Shown here piece after piece: positions 43,601 through 44,929 of a DNA stretch of 64,000 bases (position 1 is its first letter; every line of letters begins with the position of its first letter). Below the pieces are notes generated by a model that had not been told where the DNA came from, did not search any database, and worked only from the letters and a program-made list of their open reading frames with translations. Source of the stretch: an uncultured Arcobacter sp. (GTDB lineage Bacteria > Campylobacterota > Campylobacteria > Campylobacterales > Arcobacteraceae); the NCBI GenBank assembly GCA_965140705.1, contig OZ223300.1:1440001-1504000 (forward strand), in the 5' to 3' direction. Made by a program: the position numbers and the translations under genes.

Positions 43601-44135
43601 TTTTGGAAGTGATGAATACAATGCTGGTATTAGAACATTAAACTTAGGAGATGGAACAAATACAGTTGATTTAAATGCAGATACTTCAAGTTCTGTAAGT
43701 GTAAATGGTGGAACAGGAAATGATGAATTTGTACTTGATTTTAGCAGAATTAGTGAAAAAGATTATCAAGTAGATGGTTCTACTGGAAGTGATACTATCA
43801 CATTACATGGATATAATGGTCAAGATGCTCAAAGTTCACTTAATAATGTATTTAATAGTATGGAGAAATTAGATTTATCTGATTCTGGTGGAACATTTAC
43901 AATTGATGCAGATGTAATTAATAGTTGGAATGGAGCATCAAATAATGAATTTACAATAAGCGGAGCAGGAGATGATACTTTAAATATTACAACAACAGAT
44001 AATAATTATAGTTGGTCAACTGATGGTACAACATGGAATAATACTGATATTAGTGATGCGGGAGCAGGTACATATTATATAGATACAGATAATAGTACTC
44101 CATCTACTGATTTAACAATACATGTTGTAGCATAA
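16647..44135 (+). CDS. Giant (9162 aa) RTX calcium-binding repeat surface protein/adhesin, T1SS substrate
   Basis: Uninterrupted 27.5-kb ORF, no Sec signal, very many GGxGxD nonapeptides interleaved with DTVDYS...VDL...DTLxxIENVIG units, Thr/Ala-rich C-terminal repeats, adjacent ABC/HlyD/TolC. Confidence 0.92.
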   Translation: MATNNQSTQTAQKINPQTSDVTLNDKNILDYKSDKVVIKEQPDKGENVAVYVRPGDEVDYDINGLNIDKLDYRLVGGDIVVTMPKGGHLTFVSMALMGYSDNPPSFKGVGGQSFSLGQVLSQVEEVNDLPMNSLPVEADIQHEDKVKKIVDELEEKIEKVNQIIVEQEIMNENDHKDDMVSNFDFSEPPTPNKEPEENQYTNDDPSNPIVTPGENAKVEGVLPTLTFDINIQHIESTQEITGTGTNTLLSVIGGGGSLYANDYPSSPALSELQKQTNAEDLDYSSVTNSIAKKSVITADNPDFFGENYTSRLIKLSPSQPAGFGVTVIKVSGLPGDVSIVGGTAQGNGVWLINKADALNGGFTVNPNNGEINFAIKYNTNIVGSENFEMTIEAESVWSLDNVPDSLKADAKEPVLTSITFENSYGVNIKEVDPDSPLSYRYSQVGDNSDGFVLATNLNDNIIRTGDIDTTVIGGSTTDTIFAQSGADTLNGNKGDDTIAPGLGDDTVDGGEGNDTVSYSNLAVSNVGAGVEVDLDAQKAVGSGNDTLISIENIIGSSFRDTLFGNDAVNIINGGAGNDTIDGGLGDDTLLGDAGDDTIKSGFGDNYIDGGVGTNTVDYTDLSSGVNVKLLSPTAVGFGETWGEATSNTGVDKLINIQNVIGSKFDDTFSGADNTNNIFDGNEGSDLVDYSLYTSNAINANLEEGWVLGQGTDTLKKIEAIRGTDLLAFGDTIIGSSTLGNTIYGMAGNDTIKGVGGNNTLDAGAGDDIIFSGTGDDIIDGGTGNNTLSFEDITTGGVTVRLSDTSSQDTGSAGNDTIKNIQNLKGTTSSDILGGTANDVNILDGLGGNDTADYSFLNRINSDQGISANLIDGTVDKGKSSPDQVISIENIIGTKGKDVFIGNNFANIFDGGEGDDTFTGNGGDNTLKGGSGSDTVIYSGASFGVDLSLDNSGNGSAIIGSQTDTLESIENVIGSNYADTLVSNDTNNMSNTFKGGLGNDTLDGGSGNDYLYGETGDDTIIASSGSDFIDGGSTGEVLGDTIDFSNINQKIELTLAEDGSASRVKEGDSKTLTHTIYNIENITASDLDSTLSGNSKNNTLLGGAGDDTLSGGAGTNYLDGKGGVNTVDYSSASSNVTVDLSKTSLQEVYTQGVTTVKDTLINIQNVIGSNNKDIITGSSSNNSLFGGLGDDTIVGSDGNDTLDGGDGIDVASYTTATENLNIDLGVTTPVSIGTGYGTDTFISIEGAIGGSGNDTITGTSSSNVLIGGDGDDTLLPNGSGNTGLDVIDGGAGVDFVSFDFGDANTGITLDLADSGVQNTGKGNVQILNVENVEGGGGADKLYGNSSGNTLTGLAGDDTLVGRAGNNTLDGGIGFDTADYSGVTTLNGLNINLNLGNEQVQENGNSGKDTLIGIEKIIATKNSDYIDATRISTDKMTFELGAGNDTFHGGNQNNIIYTSRQVEGSDDYTTYNNTVYSGSGSDTVIGSSGNDTFIVAQSDTLSSNGNDSFNGVSGINTIDYSQILDSDNKEETGGLNVTLDGSNTVNITLSGGNTNTIQNVSHLIGTENSDTFIGDSFNNILDGSGGSDTIFGTAGNNTLSGGSGNDSITGGTEIDTIYSGLDNDTIFSSTGNDTIYGGDGSDTFDLSSRNGEVFVNLAENRSKIDTNNNGSFDVNDENDLLYDIEKVVGNSSDNTLYGDSLNNILDGGSAGTNSLYGNGGDDTLIGSGSGKDIAYYIQASAAIYVDMTQSEQVVRDGDLGSDTLIDIDEVHGSIYADTFKGNSDNNTLRGLIGNDTFYSSAGTNVYDGGADNDLFIISSKDHGQDQLLGGTGSDTVDFSAITGLTTKGLEVTLNGNSEASSTLNDVASHKLTGIENVIGTIYNDTITGDANNNILSGFAGNNTLIGGAGDDTLKGGTGSDVASYETSTDGIKVDLTQTNFQVTDDGLLGRDKLINIDTIIGSNYSDTLKGSDSSADTFIGGTGDDWFIASAGADYYEGGATSSDTVDYSGATTKLVIDINDGSKYINSFYGTHEFTNINGIVGGSEDDTLTGNSRKNTLIGGSGDDTLLGFGGQDYIDGGIGSDFVSFAYTSRDITLDLSNINEQSYTSDPNDLITMISMENITGGAGNDTIKGNNSNNILDGGYGADTLSGLGGINELKGGMNGYELSLGTISDGTTYSFVIEGQTISYTANASDTLTTVLNNLEDAFILSKTNNNITSSNLVNDDAKLYLETDQSLGSVSNVTSDTKNFVDIADYSENTSGIKVDLSLTQDPNYQVYYNGYTGGKDKLVDIEEIWGTNYSDTFVGSNSADTIKGGGGSDTFTGGTGNDTFYGEAGEDLFISSYDDGNNVYYGGTTNETNGDTVDYSGITDTTHYVDGDLSSGTISVKLTSDDSVVKTDTITNIENLTGGAGNDTLIGDTNKNTIKGGAGNDSILVSAGADRLYGEAGDDIFIFQDGIDGTGTIIDGGNTSQTNGDTIDYSALTDGVTLRLMDSTYSGVTLGVNANNHSIRNINNIVGSQGNDTIEGDSTNNILDGNAGLSDTISFENAGSKVVVNIGSDVTISNAPTANGTYSANQALGTTIGTDTVKNFENIKAGSGDDTLIGSSIQNIIYGGIGQDFIFGAAGDDKLFGEDGNDTLAGGLGNDSIDGGEGTDTVSYFDATSVVVNLRGTTNGTGNVNYSSTTYTDKLYSVENVIGSSGNDTIQGNDADNTLDGAGGVNTVSYDGAVAGVTIDLGITGPQNTLGDGTDTLLNFDNLIGSGNDDILKGNSNSNIINGGNGADTIYGIGGANFLYGGLGDDTFIGKVLGSDFIDGESGNDKVNYSTLLSANNITVDLGNTTTFNDENANSQTVYQITINGGDSDYVKNITTFEGSQGDDSFITTTGTYSFIGGSGDDTFSGSSFTGSSIDGSNHTILSDGTQGATNAYTGKGDTVDYSNVVDKIILTLENGSDTTTVKVGGTDSDHTIKNIENIYGSNTAGDTITGNNSNNTILGQAGDDTIDGGNGSNYLDGGTNDTKGDTVSFVSAANSISVNIGSSDVVIAGTTYTANNSQLGSNTSTVKSFENILGSSYDDILIGSDLSNTIDGSDGNDVIYGGKGNNILKGGTGSDNFLMGGFFGSGNDYINKVDGESGADTIDYSLITTGSISVTLDGEEEAQVSIYSDDDRSSLITNTYDLIKNIRNIVGTSGNDSIKGDGSANELYGGLGDDILDGASGDDKLYGGEGNDTLVSVSGNNILDGGNNSANGDWVWYSQKLLALNLNMSDVDGSGYSTADFGAEKDRIIRVENIKGTSYADFIGGNSSNNILDAFRGDGNILVGSAGNDTLLGSSTGSDTFKAGILQSDDSTIDGNDGSNLIDGVGGSSNTVDYSAYASNRNIEVDLKDSGSSTVTKKLDNTTFGIDTLNNIQNITGGMGDDTISGNNQDNILKGGAGSDTIKGSAGNNELYGEAGDDLLISGSGNDIIDGGAGNNTVSYQDATGNVTVDLSDTNAQVISGGMGTDTLSLVQNAIGGDYDDTITGNTQSNTIIGGLGDDDFIATNGADTYYGGDLDANGNHSVASGEYNKVDYGNVEKVYVDLSTKLTDADGNVYSQALKSNSSNTADGFSNPYLESTDKLYGIINVNGSDNSDTLIGDSQGNELSGKAGNDILEGKDGADNLLGGAGNDTIIATSASDGIDTIDGGANSDTIDYSKLGSLNSISVNLKEADTNTTLYVTGGDNDLIKNVENVIGTAGDDTIFGNSEDNTLKGGLGADILSGAGGDDTLDGGDGFDTVDYSASSDAVTVDLDITNTDQNISTSQGNDRLISIEKVIGSSHADTFKTNYSSNNTFDGGVADSEGGDTVDYSSLNVDDATIDKIVTNDFSTITVSSDSANDSAGTANITDTFINIENIIGSAGNDTIFGNASDNTIKGGLGDDTLSGASGNDYIDGEDGSNTVSYSYVTTTSGVVVDMKDNTGIVSIGDEDTLVNIQNVIGTKNSDTIKMGTAAGTLENIANIIDGSDGFDTVSYEYYSSGLTIDLGAGAVATGDNDVLISIEKAIGGTGDDTFKTNTAVSNTFDGIAGSDTIDYSTLASNQGINVTLNGSTPVTVNIANAQNDSIVNIENVTGGAGSDTIKGDTNNNTLNGGLGNDIIYGTAGNNSLFGGADNDTIFSGTGNDLIDGGTGTDTVNYSQAIAAVNVDLGIETEQNIGGGMGLDTLVGIENVVGSNFDDTFKSHFTRNNSFDGYGIDSNGNTVDYSELTVDNATEDFVKVDLTGNGLIYIDGALSATDSYTNIQNITGSDGNDTIYGDSGANTLRGGAGDDTLMGRDGNDYLDGGTGNNTANYEYTTGGVEVDFKVGLGYVNTGDQDTLVNIQNAIGGSGQDRFKMATGATANIIDGNSNSGNLVSYEYYTTGVNVDLGTEVSQEVVTGDFDTLINIQNIKGGEGNDTFKTNFTATNEFDGNSGNNTMDYSNAASNQSITVTLDGANYRTVTITNASNDTIKNIQNIIGGAGADNIVGDGNSNILRGGAGDDIINGNAGLNSLYGDAGSDTITAGTGDDFIDGGSDDDIIYANSGANIIYGGTGTDTISSGSGDDTIYGGTADVIGTEKDWVSFQDALASVTVNLNKSSGDSVAGVFTGATGYATSIATGTDSLFGIENIIASANNDIVTLRDTQINTIYLSGGSDIVKAGSSSYTGGNTIDGYGITGTESSFDSDTMDYSVLSDNTNSISVDLNTLDANGFATVNFTDSNISDDLLKSIENITGTAGNDTLIGRDSTNNTLIGGSGSDFLMGRSGNNYLDGGDGSLGNYVSYGYVGSSNNVVVDLTNQTANVVGSGYSDTIRNIQNAIGGAGSDTIIGSSAQNTLIGGDGADKFVMMGEIGDTVYAGSWDGTTHTDTSTQDSIDYSSYNNQVIVNLTSQTAKVDLSNNDFASGTKDDTFFGIENVIGTSLSDTITGGAGVNTIHAGAGSDIIYAGSGADIIYGEAGDDTIYMQSVANSASNFVDGGTGFDLVDYSGLDQRVVINMQGVTNVDVQVGNTANHHTITSIENIVGTNQDDTITGSDGVNTFVGLDGVDNIYGIAGNNLIYGGSQERNSTSSDGDFIQGGSGNDTIYGAAGADDLRGGLGNDTIFAGANDDIIRSGIGEDTIYGEAGNDTFVFEAADNMTNFVYGGDEISDNGTLDMVDYRLAIKGMTIDLNGKTNINSADESTYDANVIGTYNSNGFAYSQDQGFNLLYGIEQVRGSDLESDTIRGNSSTNSIWGHGGDDTLYGVDGANYLDGGANNDLIFAGHGADVMVGDSGDDTFKTYYNASGTNADEKFGGDNTIYGGTWDGTTAGLAGSDLVDYQVIDNNYNVFVDLGLTDGSVQIRDNSTLAVQKTDALFYINSAIGTSGNDTFKGNSNANVLNGFAGNNTALYTYTALIAGISVNLQAGTVDKIVTGNTNLTDTLSNIQNIVGTSYDDNFVTKIDEANIIDAGDQGTNGDTIDYSTNGTTNIVLDLDVSHTTDYYGVGAINDGTYASVYVSNGSTDKIKNIENIKGSGGSDTIYGNASNNTIYGMGGNDTIYGVAGSNYIDGGAGDDSIYSGTGADKLFGSSGNDIFRATSASSFAGDVIDGGTEVDSSNNFIGRGSDTVDYSLLDTTGFTKGVDLTLSNDVNTTVSINGSNSHTIVNIENIIGTTVNDTINGDGGDNTLVGETGSDTIKGTAGDNTIYGDKVDGSEADVVGNSDLIYAGTGDDKIYAGGGSDTIHTALGSDTIYGGSGDDFIYAGVGSNKIYGGNYIVATQTHSDSGNDTVSYENIVGSGVIARLNSNLAIVSATGNADVLFGIENVTGTALADEIVGNSAESNTLIGGAGNDTINGLSGNNDLQGGADNDTIISGSGDNIIDGGAGSDTVDYSYLTGTSFGDDDATNGKVNGIYYSGVKVDLTDSNTQRIHDNYGSDTISGIENVIGSTKDDHIIGNDEINILDGKGGNDYFVLGQNIDTILGGTGTDTIEFSDTGRDGTTIGGVNVDLNKNQTLGSADTYRVIDDGFGSAKYLDSIENVIGTSYDDIIFGNGDANSLVGGAGNDTLKGSLGANVLDGGTGEDWAYFDDIVVSGATIVLDTDGDNSNGSQGTSNITGYQTTLMGIEHVKATALSDTITGDYNDNSILAGGNNDTIYSSKGSDYIDGEEGSDTVDYARSDVSAGVIIDLNATQDDGDNTTWAVQNDGYGNKERLYNIENVIGTKEDDFIKGNGQNNTLFGNEGTDTLYGISANNILVGGAGSDVFRGGIGDNIIYGESYVSLGGAGTESAFEIANSRDKIDFSDAGVSVTLNLSDTTDINYINETTLTLDARTSIGYGKNTIYNVEDVVGGSGSDTLIGSSVGNVIDGGANNDILFGFGGSNTLIGGAGDDTILGLLSGDAIYGGTFDGTTATNSGSDWVDYSYITPTDGRAINVDLSLGSNQVSEVGNSANADTLTHIENVVGTSNNDTLKGDDNFNIVNSLLGYKGDDSFIVSKGSDYFDGGLGFNSVDYSGVDSADGGSKIIVDLGLSKATDNGYHLDPSGTNSVVEDDLLNIQKVIATNYDDTLYGSSYGNIFVSGAGNDLVDGREGDDTIYGVSGNNKLSGGAGADTIYGGSGNDTLSGDAGNDLLDGSLNGDNTFIGDTGDDTFIGGTGVDTLYYASSQSGIAVTLKAAGEDGTVISSTDGTDILKTHFERIIATNYKDTIDLSDARGDNTVLAYGGNDTITASSTHNDSIYGGDGNDIIYANGGTNKYYGGNATLDSSGNIIGHSGSGTDSLSYINATNSVNIDLSTNQASDNGFGSSDEIYDIAYVTGSNHDDVIKGNSGINKIVAGDGDDWIIATAGNDEIYGGNHTTTDGSQGSSTAIAKGGDWLSFDEITNGLDATMSANSITFGGYTPNIVEIENLFGTKLADILRGDSNNNTLHGNEGNDTIYGTAGNNFLIGGEGDDTLEGGTGVDRYDGGNESLVSTDDSVLYAGSSNQGTNTISFYDANNAANIDLAYDNGDGTFGRVLDDGSSNHNVETYIRNINNITGTLNYDDILKGNSESNIISGLGGLDTIYGIGGENTLLGGTGNDTIYTATSKTGSDRGDIALGGEATDRLVGSFHKDLLIGGQFVNNSGTVTYTDISVDWLDYSSHTSTNEYGVNIDLSTVSTVTFTGADSDRSDYNGDYSKIYELDNTGASTTNFDYIKGIEYIKGSNYIDTLKGDTNNNSILAGDGDDVIYLDSNGSDYIDGEGGSNWLSLEDNYRGTIRLDNNLAGTVNGNVEIHNVANVLGRSSSAQSETVWGGNVDNTFILFDGNDTALGGNGSDVYDMGAGNDRVYSNYGSDTLIGGAGTDTIDYWGNYGSNQGSVTILNNIIAADYNNLATGLGSLSITDKTVQYSKLTVDLNGVGSITDGEHWFYKITDGRGYTDYLYATSDPANAFDINNSTPDFENYNLGSRADIFSGSNLSEVVSGNNGNDTIWANGGDDNISGGSDDDTIFGVSGNNVLNGNGGNDLIFGGSGNDKIYGDSGNDTIYAKEGTNIIDAGSNDDIIYAGTGVDTIEGGTGVDTLRFDGANTRVVVNLGSDALSYDSTTIAANKFISSWKDGSNAEQVGTVTGIENVDGTDFNDTIRGNDSINTISAGAGDDYIFASLGNDNIDGGTNTAGASQGYGDWLDISLITTDSGASINLGGGTGPIGVRFDVSSTQYNQVTTNIENIQGSLQNDDILGNSSNNIIDGNSGDDRIYAISGENTLLGGDGNDTLYSGTGNDIINGEAGNNRVDYTHSHTANVKVNLDSSTHNGIASMTGVTTTMTDTLSNIQNVATGGGNDTIWANGDTNSLNTGSGNDVIYGGTGVEIINSGSNNDYIYASEGNDIIDGSTEIDMVDYSSSSTGITVTLGDSGAETDLEHTIGGNAYTDKLTNIEAITGSLTVSNNLTGNNMDNTLIGGNQTDIIKGVSGDNRLDGGAGVDTIYAGSGSDEIIGGNNAENWLYYTDLGSTNIDVSLRSGQATYGAQSDNITQIRHIKMGNGTNTVEGDQFDNTLEGGTGTDTLSFSGASSGVIVNVTANGEGTATGDGNDNFTGFENYTLSSNADIINLSDVYGSTIDGGNSLSDEVDYSNTNSALTVTVANGNTSATVTDGSSTDTLQNVEKIIGGSGDDIFVVSDVTNIDTLDGGLGTNELQLSGSNLDLSSVTLLNFDSITVAAGDTLTLSATDLDDKTMTITLGNSATLEIIATGNPNDHDFGGITVSKGTSATAQLISNETVNLTTKNLNNIFDTYSTTNGTLTLGESQVIGKTISGAGSAIVEISADSNQDYNSILTLDTPTNGTVKFTANSTFTGDFANSNIVVNNAVTLSTTFDKLSGKTDVLSGAGNVTLSDANVDASNVDAVANAIDGVLTATITTGEVKATLDAITNVNASDNITFTTTDTTVDASDLVDLNAKVDTFGVDTITDITEAYNTANVATEVVNALNITGNTEKVSITGGSLSASDVNIISAATTGVLTATVTAAAASTLASTLTNTDANDALTITVNAEAGGVATSASDLVSLNGDTNQVITMSAVSSISGTYSDLNDIYVTNAAQYNGEGDETVTITGTVSATQADTIADATSGIVTATITADTASALNSALEDSGSQINAYSLTISGTTATASDLIALDNKTSVAIDTNTNVTKITGSAAELKTVLESSGINISSNVDVEITGTTVATLAELKAINDVTSGDITLNSESVSADYSGISSDVKAAFAGNITELNGAINLTDTSVSASDANIVAKVTTGVLTATVAADTASALVSNLTDASSNDALTLTVTGSAAASDLSLLDGKTSVDVIVNATNVTGNYSDLNSLYVTNAGDFSGLGDENISVSDTTISAGNLSEINGYTTGNVDASNVTNIEGNLSDINNLYGESGFINLSGNTADLSTSGNFDSVTDFSNINNGDITNLNFATGDDKLSFTDSSSFDNFTNNFTNIDLNSGNDEFDFSSAVTSDLDFSNVSNLETLNFSDNDDSVTFGSDEYNAGIRTLNLGDGTNTVDLNADTSSSVSVNGGTGNDEFVLDFSRISEKDYQVDGSTGSDTITLHGYNGQDAQSSLNNVFNSMEKLDLSDSGGTFTIDADVINSWNGASNNEFTISGAGDDTLNITTTDNNYSWSTDGTTWNNTDISDAGAGTYYIDTDNSTPSTDLTIHVVA
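27940..30250 (+). repeat. Diverged tandem duplication of a five-unit block (period about 1.15 kb) inside the giant gene
   Basis: Same ordered motifs occur twice: TFK(T/S)..NN.FDG, DYS.L.VD.AT, GD.DTLVNIQN, KM....ANIIDG..VSYEYY, DTFKTN...ASNQ.I.VTL.G. Confidence 0.7.
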
Positions 44136-44167
44136 AATAAAGCTTTTTGCTTTGTTTTATGCTTTTG
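44130..44167 (+). terminator. Rho-independent terminator after the giant gene
   Basis: GCATAAAATAAAGC-TTTTT-GCTTTGTTTTATGC 14-bp stem with one G-U pair, followed by TTTTG. Confidence 0.75.
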
Positions 44168-44222
44168 TAATGGGTTTAAAAACAAATAAGAGATAAAATA
44201 ATTTAAATATAAAAGGATAAAG

Positions 44223-44909
44223 ATGTATAAAAATATAGAAGTTTTGGATAAAGAGAAATTTAAAGATATAAAGTTTAGTGAGGTAGAAGCAAAAGAAGTT
44301 GGTAAAAATATTGGACTTATTCCCCTTGGATTTACAGAAGTATGGAATGCAAGTCATGATTGTGCTGTTATAATAAGTGCTGGAGAAAATGCTGAATTCT
44401 TAGCTTTTTGTGGAGTTACAAACGAAGTTACTATTTTCAATAAAGAAGATGTTTATCTACCAGCATTTATAAGAACATATCCTTTTATAAATATGGATGT
44501 TAGAAATGAAAAAAATGAACTTAGCAGTGTTATAGGGATAGATAAAAACCCACAATTTGTGGCAAAAAACAAAAAGATATCTATAATAGATAAAGATAAA
44601 AATATTTCAAAAGAAGCAAATGATAAAATTGAATTAGTAAGAGAATTAAATAGACAAAGAAATGTTTCAAGAAATATAATTTCAGAACTAAAAGAGCATG
44701 ATTTATTAGTTAAAAAAGATTTAAATGTAAAAGTACAAGAAGAAGAAAAAGTTATTTTAGATGAGTTTTATATTATTGATATTCAAAAACTTATTAAACT
44801 TGATGATAAGATCTTAGCTACTTGGGCTAGAAAAGGTTGGATGGGTATATTTGATGCACATGTAAAATCTATTGCTAATTTTAAAAAAGTTTTAGAATCA
44901 AATAAATAA
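44223..44909 (+). CDS. sapC: SapC family protein
   Basis: IPLGFTE, YLPAFIRTYPF and GFY-like EFYIID..KLIKLDD..L..W.RKGWM..FDAH motifs characteristic of SapC. Confidence 0.8.
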   Translation: MYKNIEVLDKEKFKDIKFSEVEAKEVGKNIGLIPLGFTEVWNASHDCAVIISAGENAEFLAFCGVTNEVTIFNKEDVYLPAFIRTYPFINMDVRNEKNELSSVIGIDKNPQFVAKNKKISIIDKDKNISKEANDKIELVRELNRQRNVSRNIISELKEHDLLVKKDLNVKVQEEEKVILDEFYIIDIQKLIKLDDKILATWARKGWMGIFDAHVKSIANFKKVLESNK

Positions 44910-44929
44910 TCAAACTAGCGGAGTTTACG

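Noticed and set aside
41525..43621. Antisense ORFs (99, 201, 69 and 136 aa) within the giant gene
   Set aside because: Shadow frames produced by biased repeat codons; no RBS or recognisable domain
16647..44135. Pore-forming RTX or MARTX toxin
   Set aside because: No hydrophobic pore domain, effector or cysteine-protease domain seen, and no rtxC acyltransferase in the window
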